DNA of 64,000 nt. Origin: Candidatus Latescibacterota bacterium (lineage in GTDB: Bacteria > Latescibacterota > UBA2968). This document shows, in pieces, positions 19,857-29,301 of the stretch; position 1 is the first letter of the stretch, and each line of letters starts with the position of its first letter. The notes below the pieces were generated by a model. That model was not told where the DNA came from. It did no database searches and was given only the letters and a program-made list of their open reading frames with translations. The stretch spans positions 5,632,001 through 5,696,000 of the forward strand of contig OZ244960.1 in NCBI GenBank assembly GCA_965222605.1. Direction: 5' to 3'. A program made the position numbers and the translations under genes.

Positions 19857-21781
19857 ACCGTCATCCTCTTAAACTGACACCCTTCGACAAATGCGTCAAA
19901 AAAGTCTGGCTTTGTCTCCAGTTCCACATGCTCAATTCGCTTCACCAGACGTTCTAACTCATCGCGTCGTTTTCGCGAGAGCAATACTTCTCTTGCGCCC
20001 AATATCGCGGCATTTCCCACCTTTTCAATACGCTCTTGCGGCACGGGTGCGAGAAAACCGATATCAATCGCATTTTGCACATTTACGTAATTGGCGAAAC
20101 CACCGGATAGATAGAGTCGATGGATCTGGTCGGGGGCAATGCCAAATTCGCGCATGACAATCAATTGTCCACAATAATTTGCGGCCTTGGCTTGAGCCAG
20201 ATTGCTCGCATCTTCGCGCGATAGCGCAATGCCGTGTTCGGGCACCACCATCATTTCAAATTGCTTGCGGTTGGCAAATACGCCCTTTTCTGTCATCATA
20301 TCATGCCGCCGAAGCTCGGCCAACAAATCGATCAGACCCGAGCCGCACAACCCCTGGGGCGCGCCGCCGCCAATTACGCGGTAATTGAACTGACCATTTT
20401 CCCACACAACTGATTCAATCGCCCCATCTTGCCCGGGCATGCCACAGGCGATGCCGCCGCCTTCAAATGCCGGTCCCGCCGGACAAGATGCTGCGATCAA
20501 CCGATCTCGATTGCCCACCACGACCTCGGTATTGGTGCCCACATCGACAAGCATAAATACTTCGTCCTGGTCACCCATTTCTACGGCCAGCATATCCGCT
20601 GCGACATCGCCGCCCACATGGCTTGCAATAAGGGGCATGCCATATACCCGCGCTTTGGGATTTGCTCGAATGCCCAACCGCCTGCTGCTTTCATAAAGGG
20701 CGGTTGTTTTTCGATCTCCGGCCAGATATTCGTGTTCTATTTGAGATTTATAGGGCTTTTGCCCAATACTCTGCACATTGAGTCTGAAAAACATATCTCG
20801 CATGGTGGCATTGCCAGCTATGACAATTTCGTAAATTTCTTGCCGCACAAAATTCAATTTTTCACAGAGTAGCAGGATCTCGTGGTTGATCGCATTCACC
20901 AGTGCCTTCCACAGCTCATTTGGATATTCGCCGTCATAAGAAATGCGATACATTATATCGCTGCCGCCAAAGCGCTGGGGATTTTCATAAGATGCAATCG
21001 CAATACTCTCACCAGATTCCAGATCTACGAGATCCATCACAATTGTGGTGGTGCCCACATCAATTGCCAGCCCATAGATGTGTCCCCGAAACCGATCGAT
21101 GTCTTCCCCGTCGTAGAGCACCCGATCTCCATCGCGCGTGACCACGGGATTGAGATCAATTTTTTTTTCCTGGCTCAAGGCCAAAATTTGAGGCGCGCGG
21201 CGCAGGGGCACAAATTCAACTTCCGCGTCCAAATCCACGACTTCGGCCTGACAGGCCAACCGGTAATTGTCTTTTAAGAAGGCTTCAGCCTCGGTTTTGG
21301 GGCACAGGGCTTCTTCGCCTTTTGCAATTTCTACCACGCATTCATGGCATATCCCCGACCGGAAACACGATGTTGGAACCCGAACAGATAGATCGTCGGC
21401 ATAATCAAAGATCGTCTTTCGCCCTTCGAGTTGCTGCACCTGGCCGATGTGTGTAATTGTGCCCGTCCCCTTTTTTCTGCGACGCTTTTTTTGTGTTTTG
21501 AGCGTGGTCTTCATCTCTTGATAGGCATTTGGCTCTGTTTCCCAGGCCGTGCGATAGTCGAGGTTGTCATTGCTGGCACATTGAAAAAGCGCCCGACCGG
21601 GCGCTGGTTTTCGCTGAAATTTACATCCAAATTTGGCGGTGCATTCGTTGTCTTTATTTTTGTAGGGACAGCGCATTTGCGCCTGTTCGTCGGCATGCTG
21701 GACAATATCTGAAAAAATTTCAGACATGCGATCCAGCCGCTTTTGATAGGCTTCTCGATCTATTTTTTCTTTCTCACGCAT
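19853..21781 (-). CDS. corrinoid reductive activator (2Fe-2S + ASKHA/DUF4445, RACo/RamA-like) with Cys-rich N-terminal extension
   Basis: CFRSGICHEC..RLAC ferredoxin; IDVGTTT, DVGTNTE, SCPAGPAFEG, GLCGSG; start set at MREKEK. Confidence 0.85.
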   Translation of the reverse strand: MREKEKIDREAYQKRLDRMSEIFSDIVQHADEQAQMRCPYKNKDNECTAKFGCKFQRKPAPGRALFQCASNDNLDYRTAWETEPNAYQEMKTTLKTQKKRRRKKGTGTITHIGQVQQLEGRKTIFDYADDLSVRVPTSCFRSGICHECVVEIAKGEEALCPKTEAEAFLKDNYRLACQAEVVDLDAEVEFVPLRRAPQILALSQEKKIDLNPVVTRDGDRVLYDGEDIDRFRGHIYGLAIDVGTTTIVMDLVDLESGESIAIASYENPQRFGGSDIMYRISYDGEYPNELWKALVNAINHEILLLCEKLNFVRQEIYEIVIAGNATMRDMFFRLNVQSIGQKPYKSQIEHEYLAGDRKTTALYESSRRLGIRANPKARVYGMPLIASHVGGDVAADMLAVEMGDQDEVFMLVDVGTNTEVVVGNRDRLIAASCPAGPAFEGGGIACGMPGQDGAIESVVWENGQFNYRVIGGGAPQGLCGSGLIDLLAELRRHDMMTEKGVFANRKQFEMMVVPEHGIALSREDASNLAQAKAANYCGQLIVMREFGIAPDQIHRLYLSGGFANYVNVQNAIDIGFLAPVPQERIEKVGNAAILGAREVLLSRKRRDELERLVKRIEHVELETKPDFFDAFVEGCQFKRMTV

Positions 21782-22535
21782 TCTCCGCCTCCCACTCCTG
21801 CAACAATTGTACAGCCAATTCCACGCAGTCCAGGGCGTTTTCACCGTATCCATCTGCACCCATATCGTCTGCAAATTCCTGTGTCACAGGGGCGCCGCCC
21901 ACCATAATTTTTACATCGTCCCGCAAATCTTCGTCAATAAATGCCTCAATTGTCTTACCCATATTCGGCATTGTCGTGGTTAAAAGTGCCGACATGCCCA
22001 GCAAATTGGCTTCGTGTTCTTCGACTGCTTCGATAAATTCGTCTTCGGATGTATCCACGCCGAGGTCGTGTACGACAAACCCGGCACCGCGCAACATCAT
22101 GATACACAAATTTTTGCCAATATCGTGCAAATCGCCTTTCACCGTGCCCATAATGACCGTACCTGCCGGCTTGACACCCGAAGCCGATAAAATGGGTTCA
22201 ATATGCGCCATCCCCGCTTTCATTGCCCGAGCGCACGCGAGGACTTCGGGTACAAAAATAAAATTCTCTCGAAATTTAATCCCCACAATGCCCATGCCGG
22301 CGATCAAGCCATCGTCCATAATTTCCAATGCTTCCACGCCTGCATTCAGGGCATCACGCGTCAATTGATCGACATCGTGATGCGCGCCATCAATCAATGA
22401 GGCGGCAATCGTCTGCATCTCAGAACTCGCCTGTGAGAACAAATCGATATTGCGTTGGATCTCATTGGGACGTTCCAGAAATTCTACTATTTCCTCTTTG
22501 ATAAACTCATTTTGAATATCGGATAATTCAGCCAT
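21774..22535 (-). CDS. cobalamin-binding corrinoid protein
   Basis: FVPEVL, GDLHDIGKNL (DxHxxG), SALLTTTM, VGGAP. Confidence 0.92.
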   Translation of the reverse strand: MAELSDIQNEFIKEEIVEFLERPNEIQRNIDLFSQASSEMQTIAASLIDGAHHDVDQLTRDALNAGVEALEIMDDGLIAGMGIVGIKFRENFIFVPEVLACARAMKAGMAHIEPILSASGVKPAGTVIMGTVKGDLHDIGKNLCIMMLRGAGFVVHDLGVDTSEDEFIEAVEEHEANLLGMSALLTTTMPNMGKTIEAFIDEDLRDDVKIMVGGAPVTQEFADDMGADGYGENALDCVELAVQLLQEWEAENA

Positions 22536-23580
22536 GAACTCTCTTTTCCTCCGCATGCCAGTCCACGATTGCGTTTGGGATTTCTTTCAAATTTTCGATT
22601 GATGTCTGCAACGGAATTGCGCATTCAGGCCCGATCAGATTCACACCGGCGTCCAGGTTTTTATATACTTCTTCTCTTACGGTTTCCGGCTCTTTTGAAA
22701 ATAGCGTTTCCGGATTGTTGATGTTGCCGACCAGCGCAATCCGCTCCTTTATGATGTCAATTGACTCATTGGGATCGTTTTTGGAATCGTAGTGGAATGC
22801 TGCCATGCCCGTTTGCGCGATGTATTCCATCCGATCAACTGTGCGCCCGCATATATGCAAAATCAGTGGAATGGGGATGCGGTCGGCAAACTCGATGTGC
22901 AATTCGCGCAAATACCGGTCGTAATAATCACCGCTGACCAGATCACCCGTTGCGTGATCGGGCAAGGTCAAGGCGTCGGCACCTGCTTCAATTTGCGCCA
23001 CACCAAATTCGACGGTTACTTCTTTCAATTTGTCCAGAATCTGCCGCGTGTGATCCGGGTCGTCTAATGACAGCAGTAAGAAATCCTCCACGCCAAAACA
23101 GTGATAGGCCAGAGACCAGGGACCCATTGTTTTGCCGATAATCGCCACTTCGTCGCCGTATTCTTTTCGCAATAGGCCAATTGCGTCCCGCACGCATTTT
23201 GTATCGGGATGGGTCAATAAGTTTGATGGGATTTTAATATCATCTGCTGTGCTCCAGATCGGTTCTTTCATCTTTACTGTGGGCCAGTTGTCTTTCTGCT
23301 CCCACTGGATTTTGCATCCCAATGCCGACGATTCCTGGATAATCGTAAATACCGGCATAATCGTGTCAAATCCCAGTTCGGTATAACCCGTTGCGGCCAG
23401 CCGCGCCATGAGTTCTGGCTCGCGATTGGCGTGCGGAAATGGCGCATCTACCAGGTCCATTAATTCCACGGTTGCAACCGAGGTCGGGTTGCAGGTCGGT
23501 GTGCGATCTACAGGTGCCCGATTGAGTGCCGCCAATACGCGGTCGCGCGGTTTCATTGGTTTTATTGTCTGGTCGTGCAT
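22528..23580 (-). CDS. MtaA/CmuA family methylcobamide methyltransferase (URO-D fold)
   Basis: LHICG (HxC) and GPEC zinc ligands, VGNI; adjacent corrinoid gene. Confidence 0.82.
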   Translation of the reverse strand: MHDQTIKPMKPRDRVLAALNRAPVDRTPTCNPTSVATVELMDLVDAPFPHANREPELMARLAATGYTELGFDTIMPVFTIIQESSALGCKIQWEQKDNWPTVKMKEPIWSTADDIKIPSNLLTHPDTKCVRDAIGLLRKEYGDEVAIIGKTMGPWSLAYHCFGVEDFLLLSLDDPDHTRQILDKLKEVTVEFGVAQIEAGADALTLPDHATGDLVSGDYYDRYLRELHIEFADRIPIPLILHICGRTVDRMEYIAQTGMAAFHYDSKNDPNESIDIIKERIALVGNINNPETLFSKEPETVREEVYKNLDAGVNLIGPECAIPLQTSIENLKEIPNAIVDWHAEEKRVHG

Positions 23581-23623
23581 ATTGGGACTCCAAAAAAGGT
23601 GAGACGTGAGAGGCGGAAATCGT

Positions 23624-24253
23624 TTAATTTTGCGCGCTTGGAGCAGCGAGCACGCCTCGACTGGCAGCCTGTTCCAATTCTCTTAAAACGGATCGCACAT
23701 TGGGGGCGCGTACGATAAGAACGCCTATCAGGGCATCGTGTGCAATACCGCAATCAAAGCATACCTGATCTTTTTTTAATTGTTCCAATTCGCCCAGTTT
23801 TGCAAGCCCTCCGGCCACCAGTCGAATGCGCCGGTCTGCGCCTTTTTCATCGCTGTCAGCCGTGATTGTGTACACGCCATCAGATTGTGCCGTTGCCGAA
23901 ATGTGCAATCCCGATTTTTTGTCCAAAATGGTTAATGGACGCATAGATACATCGTCATCCATGCCGAGTTTGCACGATTCTAAAAATAGCCGCTTCACAG
24001 ATAGCAGGTGTGTTGATCCACACGGAAAACGCAGCAATCCCTCGCCTGTGTCTTCCATTCCTCCTAAAACTCGCATCGCATGATTTACGGATTCAATCCG
24101 CGCTTGCGCGCCATCTATCTGGCTATATGTGTGAACGCGAAAAGTCGTACCCTGCGCGTTTTCTTGCCGATATAGCCCAATTGTGATGTCGTGAAAATGG
24201 GTATCCATCGGCACCAATTCTATTCGCCGACCAAGATCTAAAGTCTGTCCCAT
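23624..24253 (-). CDS. hypothetical protein
   Basis: 209-aa ORF in operon; two C-G-x-x-H motifs. Confidence 0.7.
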   Translation of the reverse strand: MGQTLDLGRRIELVPMDTHFHDITIGLYRQENAQGTTFRVHTYSQIDGAQARIESVNHAMRVLGGMEDTGEGLLRFPCGSTHLLSVKRLFLESCKLGMDDDVSMRPLTILDKKSGLHISATAQSDGVYTITADSDEKGADRRIRLVAGGLAKLGELEQLKKDQVCFDCGIAHDALIGVLIVRAPNVRSVLRELEQAASRGVLAAPSAQN

Positions 24254-24292
24254 GAGAATCCTTTCAGAGGTGAGACGGGGTAGGGGGGCGTC

Positions 24293-25189
24293 TTACCTAT
24301 CAAGCACATATCGGCACACTGCTTTGGCAAAGCCTTCGTTTTCAATATGATCAGTTTGCAAAATATCTTCCCCGGCCACTGCTTGACGGGTTGCTGCGTC
24401 TGCATTGTGCATCAACACACCGGTTCTGGCTGCGCGCAACATGGGCAGATCATTATTGCCGTCGCCCACAGCCATCACTTCATCAAGGCTGCTGCCAATA
24501 TGGTTGGCTATCGCTGTGAGTGCTGCGCCTTTGTTCACATTTGGGTGCATGATTTCGATGCGACCTGCCACAGCCCAGGCCATGTAAATTTGATCGCCGA
24601 ATATATTTTTTAATTCATCAACTGTCTCATCGGCATGCCCGGGTTGGGGCAAGAGCATTATTTTTGGGGGCGCGGCCAGTTCTTTTGCGCGTATTCGTTG
24701 CGCCAGATCGGAATCGACTTCGTAAACCATATTGGTCATTGCGGCAACCTCGCGGCTCATTTTTGTCGTGCGGTCGGTGATATAAACTTCGCAGGCCCCC
24801 TCGCTATTTATGTCACAGCGGCAATATACAAAATTCATGAGCCGGTCATCGGCATATTGGATCAGTGATAAGAATATATCATCGGGCAAACGCTGTTCGT
24901 GCATGAGTTGGCGTGTGCCATTCGTTTTGGGTGCGAAAACCATCGCGCCATTATAACATCCGGCGTAGAGCGCGTCGGCCACGCTGGGGTTGCTCAGAAA
25001 CGGGATTTGATTGCGCTCAAAGTTGCGCCCACTCATCGACGCTACAGCTACGCCACGGTCCAACAATTCGCAAATCGCCGCCATCGAAGCATCCGATGGG
25101 GTGTTGTTGTGATTTAATATGGTTCCATCCAGGTCAAAGGCTACGAGTTTGACCACACGGGTTCTCCTCATTGGGGTGAATTTAATCAA
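24293..25189 (-). CDS. Cof-type HAD-IIB hydrolase
   Basis: DLDGT, VNKG, GDGNNDLPM. Confidence 0.9.
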   Translation of the reverse strand: MIKFTPMRRTRVVKLVAFDLDGTILNHNNTPSDASMAAICELLDRGVAVASMSGRNFERNQIPFLSNPSVADALYAGCYNGAMVFAPKTNGTRQLMHEQRLPDDIFLSLIQYADDRLMNFVYCRCDINSEGACEVYITDRTTKMSREVAAMTNMVYEVDSDLAQRIRAKELAAPPKIMLLPQPGHADETVDELKNIFGDQIYMAWAVAGRIEIMHPNVNKGAALTAIANHIGSSLDEVMAVGDGNNDLPMLRAARTGVLMHNADAATRQAVAGEDILQTDHIENEGFAKAVCRYVLDR

Positions 25190-26219
25190 TCAAAGGCAAC
25201 CGAACGGTTCCGCCTCGCTCTGTTGATCGGTGAACCGCTTCGGTAAATTCCATATATTTCATGCCTTCGTAAAAGCTGGTATCGCCCTGAGGCCCACCTT
25301 TGATGGCATTGATAAAGTCGGCTTCCACTGTCCATTCGGCGGCTTCATCTTCGGGGATGGGAATTTCTTGCAGGCGCCGATCGCCTGTTTTTGCACCGAG
25401 GATTTGCGTTCCCATGTCGTAGATCAATGTGCCTTCGTTGCCATAAGCTTCAACGACGGAGCTTCCGCCAAATTGGGCGACACCCGAAAACAGAAATGCC
25501 GCACGCGCGCCATTTTCCATTTTGCCTATGACATGCGCCATATCAGGTGTTTCAACTGGTCCATCGCCAGACCCATCGGGTAGAGATCGCTCTCTGGTAA
25601 AAATCTCAGTTTCAGCCGTTATGGTTGACATATAGCCAAATACGCGCGCGACGCGCTCGACGGTAATGCCCATTCCCAGGATATTCAGGCCCGAATATCG
25701 TCTGACCTGTCGCCAGTGTAACGGTTCGTCAACATCCCAATATTGCCCGCCCAGATCGCGGACATAAACGTGGAAAATATCGCCCAAATATCCTTCATCT
25801 ATGAGCCGCCGCAAAAAACGTCCGCCCTTCCACGGGGGTGCCGGACAAATTTGGGTCACGAGATTTGATTCTCGACTTCTGGCATACATCAGTCGGGCTT
25901 CTCGCAAGTTCATCGCCATGCGCGCCTGTACAAAGGTGTGTTTGCCCGCGTCTAAGGATGCGAGGACAAATTCACAGTGTTTGTAAGGCCATGTGCCGAT
26001 CATTACCGCGTCGATATCGTCCCGGTCCAACAATGCCTGTGAGTCTGTCATGGCCTCGGCTGATAGGCCCTGTTCGGCTATTACCTTTTCACCGCTTTCT
26101 ATACTGCGGTTGCATATTGCCACGACTTCGGCATCGTCAATTTTTGCCAATCCCGGAAAATGCCTACTCCGAAAAATACCGCCTGCACCAATAATACCAA
26201 TGCGAATTTTATCTGCCAT
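25182..26219 (-). CDS. Gfo/Idh/MocA oxidoreductase (paralogue of 45938-46987)
   Basis: IGIIGAGG Rossmann motif; QARMA in place of EKP. Confidence 0.88.
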   Translation of the reverse strand: MADKIRIGIIGAGGIFRSRHFPGLAKIDDAEVVAICNRSIESGEKVIAEQGLSAEAMTDSQALLDRDDIDAVMIGTWPYKHCEFVLASLDAGKHTFVQARMAMNLREARLMYARSRESNLVTQICPAPPWKGGRFLRRLIDEGYLGDIFHVYVRDLGGQYWDVDEPLHWRQVRRYSGLNILGMGITVERVARVFGYMSTITAETEIFTRERSLPDGSGDGPVETPDMAHVIGKMENGARAAFLFSGVAQFGGSSVVEAYGNEGTLIYDMGTQILGAKTGDRRLQEIPIPEDEAAEWTVEADFINAIKGGPQGDTSFYEGMKYMEFTEAVHRSTERGGTVRLPLID

Positions 26220-26292
26220 TTTTTACCTCACTATGTTGTCGTTGTTCTTCTCTCCAATGTTCAGGGGTTGCAGAAACTGCAACGCAAAAGCG

Positions 26293-26321
26293 AATGTATC
26301 ACAGTTTTTGTCAATTGGCAA
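26293..26321 (-). promoter_or_regulatory. putative sigma70 promoter for the minus-strand operon 26219->16914
   Basis: TTGCCA-17nt-TACATT on minus strand. Confidence 0.5.
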
Positions 26322-26352
26322 ACGAATCGGTCACGGATGCGTCTGCCACCCC

Positions 26353-27552
26353 TCATACAAATAGACTCTGCGAATAACGGTATGCGATGCAGCTGGTTCC
26401 CCACTCTTTATGAGCCACATCCATGAGCGTATATGCTGTGGTCACAATGGTACCATCCTCAAAACATACGGTGCTGGGATACCCGCAGTCCGAATGGTAG
26501 GCCGTATCGCTGATGATGTATTCGCGATTTATATCAAAGGTGTTTCCTCCATCGTGACTCACTACAGCGCGAACCCCGAAGGGATATGCGCGATATCCGT
26601 ATGTAATGAGCACTTTTCCATTTGGCAGAGCCACAATGCTGCCGGGTGAAGCCCCTTGAGTCTGCGCTTCGGGGATGGTCTTTTCCCAATGGGTCCAGGT
26701 TTTTCCTCCGTCAAAAGAGTAGGCAAATTGATTTGGTTGGTCGTTGAATCTGACATAAGCGAGCCAGTGCTTTTCATCCAGAGATAGAAATCCCGTTTCG
26801 CTTCCACCGGATTTCACAAGGGTTGATTTCTTCCAGGTCTTGCCGTTGTCAAATGACCAGTACAAATAGCTCATCCGCTCTGGCAATTCGGGATTCTCGT
26901 CATATGCCTCTTTCGTGTAGTATCCCCGTGCGCTGAACACAAGAGCCCCGTTTGAGACCTGTCGCATCTGCCCATGGGGGTGCAGCCGGAGATCTTTTTC
27001 GGGAAACGCCAGAGACACCGGCTCTGACCATGTTTTTCCTTCATCCTCTGAGCGAATCACTTCGATTGATTTAAAGGGATCCCGTGTTGAGATACGCCCT
27101 TTCACGTCAATTTCGCCCATGACGCCATAGGCAAGCACCAGGTGCCCGTTCTTTGCCTGTCCAAGCGCCGGGTTTCGCAAATCTAAATTTCGTTCGGGAT
27201 CTCCCCGCACAACCGTCTGATAATCCGTCCAGGTCCTGCCTTTATCCGATGAAAAGGAAAGACTGATTTCACCTCCACTACCGGCATGACACGAACCGGT
27301 TCTCGATGCGCAGCATAGCTTTCCGTCCGCCATCAACAAAAGTACGGGAAAAAATCCGCCCCCTCTGGCAAAAGGTTCTGGAAAGGTGCGCACACTCCCA
27401 TAGTCTTTTCTCAAGGGATCGTCTTTGCATTCGGGGAACCGCAGGAAATGTTCATCGGATGTCCTCCCTTCACGCAATGTTGGCCAACGCGTGCCCGTAG
27501 CAATCACGGGGACCTCTTCTATATGATCGACCAAAGAGACGACTTCAAACAT
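26353..27552 (-). CDS. sialidase-like / BNR-repeat protein
   Basis: multiple Asp-boxes SxDxGxTW; DCGYPS. Confidence 0.85.
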   Translation of the reverse strand: MFEVVSLVDHIEEVPVIATGTRWPTLREGRTSDEHFLRFPECKDDPLRKDYGSVRTFPEPFARGGGFFPVLLLMADGKLCCASRTGSCHAGSGGEISLSFSSDKGRTWTDYQTVVRGDPERNLDLRNPALGQAKNGHLVLAYGVMGEIDVKGRISTRDPFKSIEVIRSEDEGKTWSEPVSLAFPEKDLRLHPHGQMRQVSNGALVFSARGYYTKEAYDENPELPERMSYLYWSFDNGKTWKKSTLVKSGGSETGFLSLDEKHWLAYVRFNDQPNQFAYSFDGGKTWTHWEKTIPEAQTQGASPGSIVALPNGKVLITYGYRAYPFGVRAVVSHDGGNTFDINREYIISDTAYHSDCGYPSTVCFEDGTIVTTAYTLMDVAHKEWGTSCIAYRYSQSLFV

Positions 27553-28555
27553 CGTCTTTCTCCTGAGCCTGGTTCGGTTCCCTTTCCCATGGCGCACGCA
27601 ACGTCGGCCTCTCAGTCAGGAATTCCAGCCCCGCGCGCAGCGACCCATTCGCGTTGAACCACGCGTGGAAGCCCTGCCCATCAATGCCGTTGCCGTCATA
27701 GCGGTCGCGACGGGTAGAACTCGCCTTGCCTTCCCGCATGCCCCAGCCCATCCAGCCGTGGCCCGATTCTTCCATCATCTGGATGGTCCAGCGGGCACAA
27801 TCTGCGCGCTTTGCATCGTCAAGGCAGCCTGGAATGGTCTCGTTGGAGAGCATTGGCTTTTTATGACGCTGCTGAACGGCGGCACATACTGCCAACATCT
27901 CGCGCTGTTGCTCGGGCGTGCGCCCGTAGGGGTGACAGCACAGCACATCGCAGAGCGGCGCGAGTCGGTCCATTTGCTCCTCGATTTGCAGTACGCCAAT
28001 GGTGATTGGCTGCTGCGCTCCGCACGCGCGCACTGTCTCGGCCACCCGCGCCAGCCACTCGATTTCTTTGGCGTTGGAATCGGCATCCAGACGCGGGTAT
28101 TGAGGTTCATTGCAGAGGTCCCAGACGAGGACGCGCTCGTCATTGGCAAGAGGCGCGACCAGATCGCGAACATAGGCCAGCTTTGGGCTCCAATTCCTGT
28201 GCAGATCTTCAATATAGGTCCCGCCGTAGTCGTAGGTGTGGTTGTGCCACCGGTTGAACAGGCATGGCATGGTCCGCATGCCAAGTTCATCGATGGCCGC
28301 CACAGCATCCATGAACGACGCGTGGACAGCGTCCGGGTCTGCCATCCATGCTGTGAACTCGATCCACAGACGGATGCAATTGGCGTGCGTCTGGTTTGCA
28401 AGCGCGGCCTCTTCGCGGAATCGGTCCGGGCAATAGTCCCACCAGGCCTGCTCAATGCGGGCGCCCCAGGAGGGTATGATGTTGAATCCGCGGAGCCAGG
28501 CGTAGTCCTGGTAGTGATGGAGCCTCACATTTGCTGGTTCTGCCATTGCTTCCAT
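27545..28555 (-). CDS. glycoside hydrolase, clan GH-A (GH5-like)
   Basis: LRGFN, WDLCNEP acid/base, SNET nucleophile. Confidence 0.75.
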   Translation of the reverse strand: MEAMAEPANVRLHHYQDYAWLRGFNIIPSWGARIEQAWWDYCPDRFREEAALANQTHANCIRLWIEFTAWMADPDAVHASFMDAVAAIDELGMRTMPCLFNRWHNHTYDYGGTYIEDLHRNWSPKLAYVRDLVAPLANDERVLVWDLCNEPQYPRLDADSNAKEIEWLARVAETVRACGAQQPITIGVLQIEEQMDRLAPLCDVLCCHPYGRTPEQQREMLAVCAAVQQRHKKPMLSNETIPGCLDDAKRADCARWTIQMMEESGHGWMGWGMREGKASSTRRDRYDGNGIDGQGFHAWFNANGSLRAGLEFLTERPTLRAPWEREPNQAQEKDDV

Positions 28556-28561
28556 CCTTTT
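28371..28561 (-). repeat. 5' end of GH gene, copy 1 of 191-bp direct repeat (copy 2 at 41666-41856)
   Basis: colinear near-identical sequence. Confidence 0.9.
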
Positions 28562-28599
28562 GGTGTCATGTCGAACTGGTGATTAGGCCACAAATCCAT

Positions 28600-28760
28600 G
28601 TCGTCGTCGGCGGATCCTGCTAACTGTAGCATCCAAAGCACCTCATTGCGATGATACCAACGCGTCTGACCCGCATGCACCTCTTCCTCGGTAACTTGGT
28701 CACCGTCATGGACCTCGTACCGACGTTCCTGCATCTGGATCTGTTCAACTTTAACCTCTA
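28600..28760 (-). pseudogene. probable C-terminal remnant of a SAM methyltransferase
   Basis: EEEVH..RWYHRNEVLWMLQLAG resembles methyltransferase C-termini; no N-terminal part; boundaries approximate. Confidence 0.35.
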
Positions 28761-28850
28761 TAGATTCCATAAAGCCTTTAATCATTTCTGTTTTCGCTTT
28801 TCGCCAAACTGGCACAAACCAGTTCTTTATCATTTCGGGCGAACACATGT

Positions 28851-29273
28851 TTATAGGCAAATGCAGGATGCGCCCACGTGACACCACCTCTGCGGTTCAA
28901 CTGGTCGCGCGTCGGTTCGATCAGTTTCGCGCGACTGATGATATTCAGCCCGTCCGGCGAAAGCGTTAATCAGGAGTTCGCCGCGCTCATTGAACATCCA
29001 GACCTTATCGCCATTTTTGATAAAATGGATGTTGCTCCAGCGCGCTTTCGGAACCGCGGTGAGGTCTTCCCAAATCCGCTCGCCACCCTGTGTAATCACA
29101 ATTGGAGCTGAGTAAGATGCGTTGTCTTCAAGGGCTTTCCATTTTTCGGCTCCGGTTTCGCTCCAAACACCGTCCCGGTGCGGTCCCCGCCACTGCGGCC
29201 ATTCATCGGCCAAAACCGAAGAGATGGGGAAAAGCACAGCGAGCAGCATTAGTTTCAATTGGATTCGGTTCAT
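28851..29273 (-). pseudogene. internally deleted PQQ-type beta-propeller protein
   Basis: signal peptide + DEWPQWRGPHRDG start then jumps to ASYSAP and FNERGEL; far shorter than the family. Confidence 0.65.
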
Positions 29274-29301
29274 GGTTAATCATGTCCTTTTCATCGCCAT
29301 C

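Noticed and set aside
23581-26352. Cobalamin or SAM riboswitch upstream of the corrinoid genes
   Set aside because: Intergenic gaps are short and I could not recognise B12-box or S-box consensus; an Rfam scan would be decisive.
27665-28582. 305-aa + strand ORF
   Set aside because: Antisense shadow of the GH gene; no recognisable motifs.
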